Source: Octopus sinensis (taxonomy: Eukaryota). From it: a DNA stretch of 64,000 nucleotides. Position numbers and translations under genes: made by a program. Below the pieces are notes generated by a model. The model searched no databases, was not told the DNA's origin, and saw only the letters and a list, made by a program, of their open reading frames with translations. The DNA lies in the NCBI RefSeq assembly GCF_006345805.1, contig NC_042999.1, positions 4,650,001-4,714,000 on the forward strand. The letters are read 5' to 3'. Below are positions 1-14,613 of this stretch, in pieces. How positions within the stretch are numbered: the stretch's first letter is position 1; each line of letters opens with the position of its first letter.

Positions 1-527
1 AGCCATCACTACAAGAGTTGGAATGTTAATAACAAATTAAATCCACAAAACCCCCCTCTTTGGAGCCAATTCGATATAACAGGAATAAATGGGAACACTG
101 ACTTCCTCTTTTGGTCAAGAAGGAAGGCAGAGTCCATGACTTATACAAAGGTTCTGAGACTTGTGAATGGGAGGAGGATATACTCAAACTGGAGACCTGG
201 CTTAAATGCTCTCTTGTAACGAATAGCTTCCTAGATTCTAAGCAAAGATTCAAAATTGAATCTACATTTTTCTACAAGTTCTTTTCCCATTGTTCGTGCA
301 CTTTACGAAATTTACAAGGGTCAACTTTCACCTTTAGTTAAGCTCTATTGTTTAAGTTAATACACTTGGGTTAAATAGAGTTCAAGGGAGATAAATTCAT
401 TACTTTCCATTATTTTCTGACCCACATCCAGCTTTCCAAACCCAAATTTGGTTCTTCCTTTTTTCTTTTGGCACCGACAGAGAAAACACTTTGTACAGCT
501 CTTATCCTCTCTACTTGTCTAGACTCT

Positions 528-529
528 CT

Positions 530-604
<75 letters not shown>
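528..604. repeat. (TC)n microsatellite; many other (TA)n, (CA)n, (GATA)n, (CAT)n and (TTA)n tracts throughout
   Basis: Read directly; other examples are (TA)n(GATA)n 2103-2189, (TA)n 34805-34905, (CTAT)n 37963-38326 and (TA)n 45225-45300. Confidence 0.95.
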
Positions 605-856
605 TTTCTTGTCTGTCTTCTAGCAGTCAACAAAAAGCAAATTTAACTACCTACAGAATGGATTTTAGTGCTGTGAATAATAATTGTACAACCTGAAAAC
701 ATTGTATCTTAGACTGGAACAATGAAAATAAACGGCCATTTCAACCAATTCGTAATATTTTTCTTCCTCTCATTTTCATTGCCACATAGCATTGTTATAC
801 TCTTCTTGAACTAAAGATGCATAAAACCTTTTGCCAGGTCTCCATGGCATATAGTG

Positions 857-1010
857 GAGGCATGTGGCTTAGTGGTTAGGGTGTTGAACTCATGATCGTA
901 AGGTTGTGGTTTCGATTCCTGGACTGGGCGATGCATTGTGTTCTTGAGCAAAACACTTCATTTCATGTTGCTCCAGTCCACTCAGCTGGCAAAATTGAAT
1001 AATCCTGTGA
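857..1010 (+). mobile_element. tRNA-derived SINE family C, representative copy
   Basis: GGAGGCATGTGGCTTAGTGGTTAGGG...GGTTTCGATTCC head followed by GTGTTCTTGAGCAAAACACTT...GCTCCAGTCCACTCAGCTG. Other copies at about 10310-10505(-), 23480-23815, 25065-25375(-), 25386-25770 and 53738-53940. Confidence 0.75.
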
Positions 1011-2100
1011 CTTTTAATTTCCAACAACCAAATCCACTCACAAGATTTTGGTCTGCCTGAAGCCAAGGTACCACACAGTGGGACTTGAACATGGAGCCAT
1101 GTAGTCGGGAAGCAAGTGTCTTACCACACAGGTATGCCTATGCCTATTACAGTAAATTATTTTATGAAAATCTTGTCACATCCAATCACATCCTCCAGAA
1201 ACATAAAATTGTTACAAACTGATGCCAAATTGAGTTCACTGATAGCCTCTTGTCTTAAATTTGCTTCCCAGTCAAATGATTTTGGATTCTGTCCCACTTT
1301 GAGGCACCTTGACCAGGTGTCTTTTACTGTCTGTTGCCAACTCTCATTTGTTTCCAGACAAAATAATATTTCCCCATGACCCGAAGGACCCAACACTCAG
1401 ACTAGTACAGGAGTACATCCTCATAAATGAAACATCTCCATTACTAAATAGGATATATGTGTAGAAGGTAGTCATACCCCAATACCCACAGTTTATATAG
1501 ACTGTTGGTAAGTAGAGTTGTTAGTAGGCTGTTATATAGATATGTGTGTGTGTGTGTATAGGTAAATGTAAGTAAACAGATAGATAAATAGACAGATAGG
1601 TACATAGGTAATACGGACAGACAAGCACATACACACATACATACACAAATGAAGAATGAAACACATGACCATATACAGACAAGGAGACATATGGAGACAC
1701 ACATCCATACATAACAGATGCACGTACGTAGTCACACAAACACATACACATAGACACACTCAAACATACACACACAAATTCACACACACATACGCAAACA
1801 TGAACACACAAACACATGAATATGCAGAATACATACATGGAAACATACAAACATGCATGCATATATATGTGCATGCACACACACACATACATATATATAT
1901 ATACATATGTGTATACATATGCACTCTGACACACACACATGCACAAACAAACAAAAGGAACACAGCTCTGATAATGGACAGAGTCAACGACTATTGAAAA
2001 GGTTGCAAAATGCAATGAAAATAAAATAAGTAAATGAGAGGAAATCAAACCAGTGAGTGTGTTAATAAGGTATTAAAACAGAATGACTCTCCCCAGACAC

Positions 2101-2189
<89 letters not shown>

Positions 2190-2699
2190 CGAGCAAAACT
2201 CCCCCCCCCCTCCATCCAATTGACAGTGCTGAGTTGTAAAACATTTAAACCAAATTTTCTCAAAACAACTTGTCCCATAGGCCTCCCCTTTGAGAAAAAC
2301 TGAGTTAACCTAAATTTGAGACACTAGCAAAAGAAGAAATAAAGATAGACTTTTCTTCTATTCCAAAGAAAAACGATTTTATTCCCACAAATATGCAACT
2401 GAAGAGTTTAAAGTACCAGAAATGATGAGGCTGTTGACTGGGAGAACACAAACATGGTTTAAACAGTAAGCTTGGCAGGAAAGAAATGTGCCTTTAAGCA
2501 GTACAAAAACAACAAAAAATGGAAGGTGCAGTTATGCACAGGCTAACAGAAGAAAAGCAGGACAAAAACGATGCATGCAAATGGGTTAGCTGGAGGTAAA
2601 TCTAGATGGAAAAGCATCATGATTTTTTGCGCAAACTGCACGTGCATTTTTCTTGCATACACGTAGTATCGATCACCACAGCTGATATATTTGCACATA

Positions 2700-2890
2700 C
2701 AAATGCACGTTCCCACGGCTCTATCGATCGCATTCTCACCTGGAATTGATTTTTGTAATTTTTTCAAGACTTATACATGCCGTGATACCGTCGGTATCTA
2801 CATATCAAATTTGAGCGCAATCGGATGAAGGATGCCCGAGATCCTAGAAGACACACAGACAGACAGAACGGATTTTATATAATAGATATA
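2700..2890 (+). mobile_element. Helitron-like non-autonomous element 3' part (second copy at about 33770-33962)
   Basis: Two copies share CATATCAAATTTGAGCGCAATC...ACAGACAGAC...TTTTATATAATAGAT, an end structure like Lep1-type Helitrons. A possible 5'-type fragment lies at about 15180-15480. Confidence 0.5.
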
Positions 2891-4490
2891 TATATATATA
2901 TATATATAGTGAGAATTTACAAAAAAACAAAAGATGAACATGGGTGTATAAACAACAAACAGATATATTAGTTTAATGCTCGGGAAGTGAGAAAGTCTTT
3001 TACGTTTCGAGCCTATGCTCTTCAACAGACAGGAACACAAAAATAAATAGAGAGAGAAAACAGAATAAGGTTTAGTGGCTAGTGATCTATCATGGTGAAT
3101 GCCGGACCATATATACTCTTTATTATTAAAGCTGCAAAAACATCACAAAAATTCACAAAAAACTGCTCCTCAGAGTTTCACGTTCCCATTCGTTGGGCAA
3201 TTGTGACTGAGAATGGGGACAAGAATTAATGTTATATGTATGCATCACCATCAATGTGTTCGTTTAACGTCCAATTTCCATGCTGGCATGGGCTGGACGG
3301 TTTGACTGAGAACTAGCAAGCCGGGAGGCTGTACCAGGCTCCAATCTGATTTGGCATGGTTTCTACAGCTGGATACCCTTCCTAATGCCAACCACTTCAA
3401 GAGTGTAGTGGATGCTTTTTACATGCCACTGGCACAGGAGCCAGTGAAGCAGCACTGGCATCGACCATGCCCGAATAGTGCTTTTTACATTCCACCAGCA
3501 TGGGTGCTAGTCAGGCGGCACTGGCCTCAGTTGGTGGCACTGGCATCGGTTAGCAGTACTGGAATCTGTTGGCAGCACTGACATCGTTTGGCAACAATGG
3601 CATCAGTCAGTGGCATTTGCTTCTATACAGTTTGCATTAATCAAATTCACTGGAACTACAGTGGAAGACACTTGCCCAAGGTGCTGCATAGTGGGATCGA
3701 ACTTAGATCCACTTGGTTGCAAAGTAAACTTCTTAACCACACAGTTTCTCCTGCACCTATCAAGAGAAACATTTTTTTATCAATAAACCATACAGATTGA
3801 TTTGCAGACAACAAGTACAAATTTATTTGAAACGGTGTCCATGAAAGTATTGATATGATGTTCATGAACAATGGTTGTTGACTGAAGGATTTAGTGTACA
3901 AAAACTGTATTTTATGAGCTATTTTTCAACGGTTTTAGTATGAGAATCAATACCATTGAGAATTATCTTTGAAACTGTCTAATCTATCTTCATATATTTG
4001 ATTAAATAATAAAGGAAGATGGCAGTGTTGAATTTCACTTCTGAAATAGTTATAATCTTACATAATCCTAGAAGGAGGATATAAATTAACACCAAATTAA
4101 ACAAAAAGCCAAAGACACCAATGATTTTTTTCTTTATAACTTATAAAGAAATTTTGCTCTACTTCCTCACCATTCTTAATCAAACAGAGAATAAAGCTGC
4201 TGGATTGAAACATTCACACGAGTTAAGTATCAAAATGGAAAAAATGAAACAAAAAAAACCACATACAGTAGAATATTTGCCATCTGTTTCAATTGATTTC
4301 CTCCTAACATGAAATCTCTTCATTGTCTTCAAATCAATCCATTCATGTAAAGAACAGATTTTAATGATTATTGATATTCAATGTCAGAATTGATTAACAT
4401 GAGTATAATTAATAAGGGTGATTTCACAGCATTTCATTTGAGAAAAACAGAAGCTGAAACCAAAACTTTAATTAATTCCCAAGAATTATC

Positions 4491-4551
4491 ATGTCAAGAA
4501 TCTTACCAAAACATATCATTCTTGCTTTTATTGCAATCTTGTCCTCATCAG
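4491..4551 (+). CDS. Coding exon 1 (signal peptide) of a secreted C-type lectin-like + PAN/apple protein
   Basis: ATG at 4491 gives MSRILPKHIILAFIAILSSS+G, with a basic n-region and hydrophobic core. It ends at a strong donor CAG|GTAAGA (phase 1) that matches the next exon. Confidence 0.8.
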
Positions 4552-4967
4552 GTAAGATTTCTTTTGGTATTTTTTCTTCAACATCATTGTTAAACTATTT
4601 TCTTTTTTGAACAAATTCCGAAAAAAAACATAAAAAATATATCCCAAAACTACTGATATAAATGTTGAAATTATACTTAAAATCTATTTTTAAAAAGATT
4701 GTTATTTCCTTACGTGTGTGGTAAGAAGAGCTTGCTTCTCAACCACATGGTTCCGGGTTCAGTCCCACTACATGGCACCTTGGAAAAGTATCTTCTATTA
4801 TAGCCTTGGCCATGACCAAAGACTTGTGAGTAAATTTGGTAGACAGAAATGGAAAGAATCCCTTTATATATATATATATATATATACTAGAAAGTAATAC
4901 ATTTGTAAAGCAGTATTTTCTATTGAAAACTTTTTCACTGTTCTCATTCTGTTAATGGCTAAGTGTT

Positions 4968-5001
<34 letters not shown>

Positions 5002-8000
5002 GGTGGTTGTGTTTGTCTCCACCACTGCTTGACAACCAGTGCCACTGTTGGTGTGTTTACATCCCAGTAACCTAGCAGTTCAGCAAAAGAGACCAATAGA
5101 ATAAATACCAGGTTTGAAAAAATTAAGTCCTGGTGTCAATTCAATCAACAAAAAAGTTCTTCAAAGCGGTGCTCCAGCATAGCCACAGGCTAGTGACTGG
5201 AACAAGTTAAAGGATAAATAATTTGCTTTTGATATTTGAACTTGAAGTAGATAAGGCTATAAATAACAGCATGTATATATCAGATTATAGAACCCCTTTT
5301 GGATAGAAAAAAAGTCAAAGCCTGCCAGTGGGACTTGCCCCCATATCTCTTGTAAACATGAGAGATGTTCTACCATTGGCTCAAAGCATCCCTTCAAATT
5401 TCCCTGTGTTTTAGAAACTTTCTTCTTACCACCAATAATTGTCTGTTGTTGACATCATAAGAACGTAGAAAATCTGAACTCATAAAACACGAATTTATCT
5501 TCATAGATTCTTATGACATTATTTCATTTTTTCCCCTTTTTTTTCTATTACTTTTTCTTTTTAATCCCCGCCCACCTTTTGTAGATCAATTATCATTTGT
5601 TTAATTCCCATATCTATATAGTTGATCCTTCACCAACACCATCTCAATAAAACAATAGAATTAGGGATCTCCCAGCTTAATAAAAGCAGGAAAAGATTAA
5701 ATAGAAATATGATAATCTTAATCCACCTAAATTTATCAAAATCCAACTTTATTTAATTAAAAATAGTGCATGAAATTATATTTAACCCTTCCATTACCAT
5801 ATTTTTGTTGAAACACTCTAGGTTTGTTTTAATTAATATTCAATGTGAGAGCAAATGAAATTAAGCATTAACTAATATGCATCTATCAGTTATGGTCACC
5901 TTATTCTGTAAAAATGGTAAATAGTTCTGGTACTTTTCTACTCAAGGCAAAAGGCCTGAAATTTTGGGGGAGGGGGCCAGTCCATTAGATCGACCCCAGC
6001 ACGCAACTGGTATCTAATTTTTCAACCCTGAAAGGATGAAAGACAAAGTTGACCTTGGTGGAATTGGAACTCAGAATATAAAGACAGACGAAATACCGCT
6101 AAGCATTTCGCCCAGTGTGCTAACGTGGCTGAAACCACCTCTGGCTCTGTAGTACAAATGTCTTGTTTTCATAGGTTCTAAATTAAAATCTTCCACTAAA
6201 CCTTAGTCACAATTTATGTTCCTAACACTGTTTGCTTCCCAGCCACATGGTTCTAGGTTCAATCCCACCTTGAGCAAGTATTTTCTATTATAGCTTTGGG
6301 CCAACCAAAGAAGCCCATCATATATATGTGCGTGTGTCTATGTTTTTCCTCACCACTGCTTAACAACTGGTGTTGGTGTGTTTACATCCCTGTTTGGCAC
6401 GAGGGACCTCTTGAATAAGTACCAGGTTTAAAAATTAAGTACTGGGGTTGATTGGTTCAACTAAAATTCTTCAAGGTGATGCCCCAGCATGGCCATAGTC
6501 TGATGATTGAAACAGCTAAAGAATAAAAAAGCTAATAATAGCCGGTTGGTTGGTTGATTTCTCTAGTCAGATTTTACATCATATAGAGAGGGAGAGAGAA
6601 TAAAAAAGATATACAGGCAGAGTTAACATAAGTAAGAGAGTTCTATACTAAGCTTGGTGGCAGGCAATGAGTAAGAGAATGCCCTTCACACGCATACACA
6701 CACATTGAAAGAGAAAAAGCGATAGAGACAGACAAAGAGAAGAAAGAGTAAATACCAGAGTAATTATGGGAGAAGTTATACAAATGAGAAATTTGCTTTA
6801 TTTAATTTTATTTTAAGGTAAAAAGCATTTTTCTTTTGAATATCAGCATTCATTTTAGTGCTTTTTTTTTTATAAGTACCAAGAGATTTGATAAAAGTTA
6901 GATTATGCACACAATGTTTCCAGATATCAATCCAAGGGTGGTAAAAGTATTCTTCCAAAGTCCATATAATGAGTATCACTTTAGTAATAACATATTTGAT
7001 AACAGAATGATATGCATTTCTCTCATTATCATAATCATCGTGTAACTTCCATTTTCCATGCTGGCATGGGTTGAATGGTTTGACAGGAGCTGATAATGCC
7101 AGGGCTGCACCAGTTTCCAGAGTCTGTTTTGGGCTTGGTTTCTACCACTTGAAGCCCTTTCTAGTGCCAACCACTTTACAGAGTGTACTGAGTGATTTTC
7201 ATGTGACACCAGCACCTGTGTCTTTTAGATGGCACTATCACCACTGCTTTTTATGTGACACCATACCAGTGCCTTTTACTTGGTACTATTACCACTGCTT
7301 TCTATGTGACACCATCACCAGTGCCTTTTAGGTGGCACTATCACCAGTGCCTTTTACTTGGTACTATTACCACTGCTTTTTATGTAACACCTTTTACATG
7401 GCACCAGCACCGGTGTTTTTTAGGTGACACTATCACTAGTAACTTATAGGTGGTACTATCACCACTGCTTTTTATATGGCACCAGCACCATTGCTTTTCA
7501 TGTAGCACCAGCACCAACATCAGTGCTTTTTACATAGTATGTTAGTTTTGCGATATCATTTCTGTTGTGGTGGGCAGGTCTTCTCAACTACAACAATACA
7601 CCACAGATCTCAGTCCCCTGTCGTCTCCTTCATAAGACTCAGTATTTTGAGATCAGTCTTCAATAATTCATAATAATAAAATCAAATGGAAATTGTAGTT
7701 GTGATACCAGTGCTGGTGACATGTAAAAAGATCCATCTGAACGTGGCCGTTGCCAGCACCGCCTTGACTGGCCTCCGTGCCGGTGGCACATAAAAAGCAC
7801 CAACCGATCGTGGCCATTGCCAGCCTCGCCTGGCACGTAAAAAGCACCCACTACACTCACGGAATGGTTGGCGTTAGGAAGGGCATCCAGCTGTAGAAAC
7901 ACTGCCAGATCAGACTGGAGCCTGGTGCAGCCTTCTGGCTTCCCAGACTCCGGTTAAACCGTCCAACCCATGCTAGCATGGAAAACGGATGTTAAACGAT

Positions 8001-8289
8001 GATGATGATGATGAATTAAAAAAATTTCAATACATATAAAAAAGTGAGTAAATTATAAACAAAGAAGTCAGTCGTTATAAATGGTAAAGATCTACAAGAC
8101 AACACTTGACTTGGGTTTGTGAAAAATTGTTAAATATCTTCAATCACAGATTTTTCTACGTCTATTATTATCCTATCTCTATCAGACATGATACAGTTTC
8201 AAAATTTCACCTGAAAGGTGATATCTAAACTTATATAGAATCCACTGATTGCACCTGTCATTTCTCTCACCTGGTCATCAGCAATGAAG

Positions 8290-8470
8290 ACTTGTAATTA
8301 CTCTGGCTCAAGATCTCTTATTATTCCTCTTGGGTCATCTATTGTCACAAACCATTTTATGAACTCTTTCAGTTACCAGCAGATATTTGAGTATCTGTTG
8401 TCCTGCCATGACGATCACATCTATCTCTCAATGAAGTCAATGTCCTTGTAGACTTCAGGCACCCCCTCTT
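8290..8470 (+). pseudogene. Possible decayed AP-endonuclease fragment of a LINE
   Basis: Frameshifted LWLKIS...FEYLLSCHDDHI...NEVNVLVDF resembles APE-domain WLKI...GDFN segments. Confidence 0.3.
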
Positions 8471-11400
8471 ATCTCTCTTATACTCTCCCCAATCCTACTC
8501 TACTTGGTAGAAAGTGAATCATTTGTTATTCTGAACTATCTACAGCAGTTTAACACCTTCACCTATTTCTATCGTTCACCAACATAACAACTTGCCAAAT
8601 CATTATCATCATCATCATCGTTTAACATTCGTTTTCCATGCTGGCATGGGTTGGATGGTTCGACCGGGGTCTGGGAAGCCAGGAGGCTGCACCAGGCTCC
8701 AGTCTGGTCTAGCAGTGTTTCTACAGCTGGATGCCCTTCCTAATGCCAACCACTCTGTGAGTGTGGTGGGTGCTTTTCACATGCCACCGGCGCAGGGTTC
8801 AGAGGAGACTGGCAACAGCCACGATCAGTTGGTGCTTTTTACATGCCACCGGCACGGAGGCCAATCAAGGTGGCGCTGGCATCCACCACATTCAGATGGA
8901 GTTTTTTACATACCACCGGCACGGTTATCACAACTACAATTTCCATTTGATTTTTATTTTGATATTGATGTTGATGTACTTGACTCAATAGGTCTCCTCA
9001 AGCACAGCAGGTGACCCTACAATCCAAGGTAAGCACAGCAGCTGTCCTGTGAGCCATGAATTCACTTCATTTGTCTGACTTTTTTGTAAGATGTCTGTGT
9101 TTTGAAGCATCATATTTCCCAGCTTCAGACTTAGGCTGCATACTCAACCAATTAGATCAATTGGTGAGCTGAAATCTTATTACCAAATGGTCTATAGAAG
9201 GTTCTAGAACTTCTGAGCAAAAGGTGAATGAATTCAACTTTAGGCAGAGCTATCACAAGTATATGTGGGTCATGTTGCCTGCCCCCATATGATAGTCTCT
9301 CATCTCTCTCACCTGTTCTTGCTTGATTTAATTGACCATCACTGATTACAAAATTAGTATTACATCTCAGTATATATTTGCATTAACCAAATGATTACAT
9401 CATCGTCATCATCATCATCATCATCATAATTTAATGTCTGCTTTTCCATGTTTGCATGGGTTGTATGGGTTTTAGTGAGGCAGATTTCTCTATGGCCAAA
9501 TGCTTTCCCTGCCGACAACCAACTATTATTACTTGTTTTCAAACAAGGAATATTTCTGTATGAGCAAGCAAGCTTTTTGTAGAAACAAACAACAATGTTT
9601 ATGTGACAGTGATGCTTATTTTCAATCACCACATGACATCTAGACAAAGGAAAACACACACACACACATATATGTATATATACATACATATATATAAAAG
9701 TAAATAAATGGCACAACGAAGCACCGATATTTACTGGAAAATAGCAATCGTAATAAATACGACGCTATTGTATAGCTTCACTGTGTATATACTAGTAAAG
9801 ACGTGTGTGTGCAACAAACATATATATTATCATCTCATCATCATCATCATTTAACATCTGCTTTCCATGCTAGCATGGGTTGGACGATTTGACTGAGTTC
9901 TGGTGAGCCAGATGGCTGCACCAGGCTCCAATCTTGATCTCGCAGAGCTTCTACAGCTGGATGCCCTTCCTAACGCCAACCACTCCGAGAGTGTAGTGGG
10001 TGCTTTTTATGTGCCACTGGCATGAGGGCCAGTCTGGTGGTACTGGCAATGGCTATGTCCAAATAGTGTTTTCTACATTCCACCTACTGCACAGGAGCCA
10101 GTCCAGCAGCACTGGCAACGACCTTGCTATATATATATATATATATATATACAATGAGTTTTTATCATTTTCCATCTACCAAGGCTTTGATCAGCCTGAG
10201 TCCATAGTAGATATCACTTCCCCAATGTGCCATACGGTGGGACTGAACCTGAACCCGCATAACTGGGAAGGGAGATCCTCAATGAGCACCCCACCACAGA
10301 GAATATAGTTCCCAGGGAGATTCAGCATGATACAGAATGTGACAACACTGGCCCCTTTGAACTCCAGGTATTATTCATTTTTGCCAGCTGAGTGGACTGG
10401 AGCAAAGTGAAATGAAGTACCTTGCTCAAGGACACAACATACTACTGGGATTCAAACTCACAATCTTATGATCAGAAGCCAAACACCCTAACCATTAAGC
10501 CACTGGGGCTGGTGGCATAAACTACGACCTCTCCCCACATAATTACTGGCTTTGTGTCAAAATCAGAAACCTTATTAAGAACATATTAGTAATCCTCAGA
10601 TAAAAATAAACTAATTTCATTCATCATCATCATCATCGCTTAACGTCCGCTTTCCATGCTAGCATGGGTTGGACGATTTTGACAGAGGGCTGGCGAACCA
10701 GATGGCTGCACCAGGCTCCAATCTGATCTGGCACAGTTTCTACAGCTGGATGCCCTTCATAACTGTAGAAACTCTGCCAGATCTACAGTTAGGAAGGGCA
10801 TCCTGCCATTAGTTTTATATCCTTCTATGTGTTTGATATACAGGTTTCACAAAGCGGGGATAGACACAACTGTCTTCACACGACATGATTCAAATTACTC
10901 CACTAAACCCGATACTCCAATAAATACAAACACCCAACAATCTCAGTGACTTCCTACAACTGTTACAAACTCTCAACAACTCCTACCACTGTTCTCTCAT
11001 CTCAACCAATATGTTACTCTCTATAAGAGTTCGGCTAGGCCATTCTTCCAATTGAACAGGGGTGTCAATGACTCTTGCCATAACAGTCAGTGAATGTTTT
11101 CTAGATACAAATAGCAATGATAACAGAATATTTTCTATTTATTAAAATATATTTTCAGATCAACTTAACTTTCATATTTAATTTATCTCGGTGCAGTCCA
11201 ACTGGAGTGGCATGTCATTGTCTTTTCCTGGTTGGTATAACACATTAATGTTTCAGATAAGAAATATTTATGCCTTTCTTAAGAGTAATTAGTGTGATAA
11301 TTAAAACAAAAATAAATTAACAGATATTGTTGACATCATAAGAATATTATAAACCTCTGAGAGAATGTAAGATAATTCTTTTGTTTTTTGAACAGTAGAT

Positions 11401-11544
11401 CTTGAAGCAGACAAAGCCATGAATAATCCTTTTGTCTATTGGCAAAACGCCTGAGGTTTTGGGTGAGTTGGGAGTCAGTTGATTATATTGAGTCTATCTA
11501 CCCTGAAAGGATGAAAGGCAAAGTCAACCACTGCAGAAATGTAA

Positions 11545-11880
11545 CACACCTTTTCAAACTCCATCTGTCTAACACCCGTGGACATGTTAACAACGTCAGA
11601 AAACAACACAGCTCCCATGACTTTCAGAAACATTTGTTCATGCTAAGAGTTGCTGAAGCATGGAACAAACTGCCGGCATCAGTTGTTAGTTGTCGGAGCA
11701 CTGCATCCTTCAAAACTTCCATGCTTCCTGATATTCGCCAACACTACACCTGGTGTTCTCCCCTCCATACACACACAAGCATGTATCTGACTCATACACT
11801 GTTCACTTTCCAGACATTTGTACATTACTGCATATGCTTTACACGCACTTTTGACAAGTTGTGGGGCACCTGGGGATCAT
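11545..11880 (+). mobile_element. CR1-clade LINE 3' fragment
   Basis: NTRGH...QKHLFMLRVAEAWNKLPASVVSCRSTASFK matches the CR1 C-terminal TRGH...RV...WN.LP..VV.....FK motif. Confidence 0.75.
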
Positions 11881-11929
11881 CATCATAGGATTTATATCCA
11901 TGTGAGATATTTGCACTTGTCGGGTGCTT

Positions 11930-13171
11930 CACACATTTCCCTAAGCTATGGACACATAAGAGATGCAGCAATGTCAAAGGAAAGCTAACTAGGAAGATGG
12001 TTTTTGTATGTGGCAGATGCTCAGGAACAATAAACACTGAAAATGCTCTGAGACCAACTTCCGTCACTTTCCAGGGAGAAAAACTAGAAATAGTTGATAG
12101 TTTCCGTTACCTAGGTGACCAAGTCAGCAGCGGGGCGGGTGTGCTGAAAGTGTAACTGCTAGAGTAAGAATAGCTTGGGCAAAGTTCAGAGAGCTCTTAC
12201 CCCTGCTGGTGACAAAAGGCCTCTCGCACAGAGGGAAAGGCAGACTGTATGATGCGTGTGTACGAACAGCCATGCTACATGGCAGTGAAACATGGGCCGT
12301 GACTGCTGAGGATATGCGTAAGCTCGCAAGAAATGAAGCCAGTATGCTCCGATGGATGTGTAATGTCAGTGTTCATAATCGACAGAGTGTAAGTACCTTG
12401 AGAGAAAAGCTGGACCTAAGAAGCATCAGTTGTGGTGTGCAAGAGAGACGATTGCGCTGGTATGGTCATGTGGCGAGAATGGATGAAGATAGTTGTGTAA
12501 AAAAGTGCCACACCCTAGCGGTTGAGGGAACCTGTGGAAGAGGCAGACCCAGGAAAACCTGGGACGAGGTGGTGAAGCACGACCTTCGAACTTTAGGTCT
12601 CACTGAGGAAATGACTAGAGACCGAGTCCTATGGAAGTGTGCTGTGCACGAGAAGACCCGGCAGGACAAGTGAGTCCATAACCCGTGGCCTTCTACTTGG
12701 GATGGAGCCAGCCTACGTATGCATACCTTCCCTTCTTGGGACACAAAACTCTACTTGTGAAGACCTGTTGAGGCAAGTGAGGATCAGAATCGAAATCGAT
12801 CAATGGAAATTGCAGATGTGTTACCAGTGCCGGTGGCATGTAAGAGAACCTTCCGTTTCGCGACCGTTGCCAGCACCGCCCCGTTTCGTGTCCGTTGCCA
12901 GCCTCGCCTGGCCCTTGTGCCGGTGGCACATAAAAAGCACCATCCGTTCGTGGCCGTTTGCCAGCTCTGTCTGGCACCTGTGCGGGTGGCACGTAAAAAG
13001 CACCCACTACACTCACGGAGTGGTTGGCGTTAGGAAGGGCATCCAGCCGTAGAAACACTGCCAGATTTGACTGGGCCTGATGAAGCCTTCTGGCTTCACA
13101 GACCCCAGTAGAACCGTCCAACCCATGCTAGCATGGAAAACGGACGCTAAACGATGATGATGATGATGATG
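11930..13171 (+). mobile_element. RTE-clade LINE, 3' portion (ORF2 C-terminus, 3'UTR, (GAT)n tail)
   Basis: YLGDQVS...LYDACVRTAMLHGSETW...RRLRWYGHVARM...GRGRPRKTWDEVV are RTE C-terminal motifs; one frameshift near 12135. The 3'UTR has tandem units, the palindrome CCATGCTAGCATGG and a (GAT)n tail. Confidence 0.9.
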
Positions 13172-14021
13172 ATAGTTGTGTTCTTAGGGCAGCGAATGAG
13201 CAGAATTGTTAGCATGCCGGTCAAATGTCCAACGGCATTTTGTCCATCTTTATGCTCTGATTTCGAATTCTACCAAGGTTAACTTTGCTATACATCCTTT
13301 CAGGGTCAATAAAACAAGTACCAGTTGAGCACTGGGGTCAATCTAATGATCTTAGCCCACAACATGAAATTTTAGTCCTCGTGCCAAAATTTGAAACCAA
13401 GGTGGCAAGTTGGCAGAATCATTAGCACGCCGGGCGAAATGCTTAGCGGCATTTTGTCTGCCATTACGTTCTGAGTTCAAATTCCACCGAGGTTGACTTT
13501 GTCTGTCATCCTTTCAGGGTCGATAAATAAAGTACCAGTTATGCACTGGGGTCGATGTAATCGACTTAATACCTTTGTCTGTCCTTCATTGTCCCCTCTA
13601 TGTTTAGCCCCTTGTGGGCAATAAAGAAATAAGAATCATTAGCATGCCAGACAAAATACTTTGAGGCATTTCATCCTTTATGTCCTGAGTTCAATTCTGA
13701 TGAGGTCGACTTTGGCTTTCACCCTTTCAGTGCCAATAAAATAAGTACCTATTCCCCCGAAATTGTCGGCCTTGCACTAAAATTTGAAACCAATATCTAT
13801 GGATATAACTGAAATTTGGAACTGTGCCACAGGTCTAGTTGGCTGGGGATTAACAGTCTTGCTCTATTGCAGTGGCTCTCAACTAGGGTCCATGTGACCC
13901 CTGAGGATTCATATAAGATTTTTGTAATCATCTTTGTAATCGACTAGCCCTCCACTTTAAACTTTCAACCCTTGTATCTATAGAAGAAAGGATTATTATT
14001 ATTATTATTATTATTATATTA

Positions 14022-14043
<22 letters not shown>

Positions 14044-14056
<13 letters not shown>

Positions 14057-14540
14057 GAGTGAGAGAGTAGTGCATGCCATCAAAGTGACACTGGGGTAAA
14101 ATATACAAAGCCCAGTATACCCATCATGACTACCCGTCTGATAAGGGTACACCAGGCACATGCATCACAACCATATGTGCATGACATGGTGATCTCATAT
14201 CAAGATAAACAGCGCATGACCTTGCAGGTGGAGCCCAATTAGAATTTTCTTCTGATTGAGTAGTCCATCCTGCTCAAAAGGTCCCTGAATACGGGTTGTT
14301 TAAGGATGTTGGATGAAACACCCATGTTTCCAAAGATGAATTATCCAAACCTCTAGGAATTCCTTTCAACACATGGCTATGATGCTCCCCCACTACTTCT
14401 GCTCGTGATCAGAGATGCACATATTGTCAGCCACTAAGGGACATGCTCAACTGGTTACGGTCAAACAACTGACAAGCAAATCTGTGGTATTGAGCAGAAT
14501 ATTTGCTGTAGCCCATCATTTATGCCGAGACAAAACAATG
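14044..14540 (-). mobile_element. (TAA)n-tailed retroposon 3' fragment; second copy at about 57560-58750(+)
   Basis: rc ends CTCTCTCACTCAATAATAA, as at 58735-58750; internal segments align (GGAATTC, CCCTTATTCAGGGACC). Long (TTA)n tail at about 13992-14056. Confidence 0.7.
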
Positions 14541-14613
14541 TACATGATAACACTTCTATTATTATTATGATTACTGTTGTTGTTGTTATTATTATTATTA
14601 TTTTTATTGTCAG

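Noticed and set aside
652-692. Minus-strand terminal exon VVQLLFTALKSIL*
   Set aside because: An acceptor-like site exists, but the segment is too short and no partner exon was found.
1157-1396. Minus-strand 79-aa ORF as an exon
   Set aside because: Closed by a stop just upstream, with weak splice signals and no recognisable motif.
1444-2278. ORFs rich in YI/HT/CV/YLSI dipeptides here and throughout the window
   Set aside because: Translations of microsatellites; not coding.
13070-13115. CTGATGA plus hairpin in the RTE 3'UTR as a hammerhead
   Set aside because: The hairpin AGCC-TTCT-GGCT is not followed by GAAA, so the second half of the core is missing.
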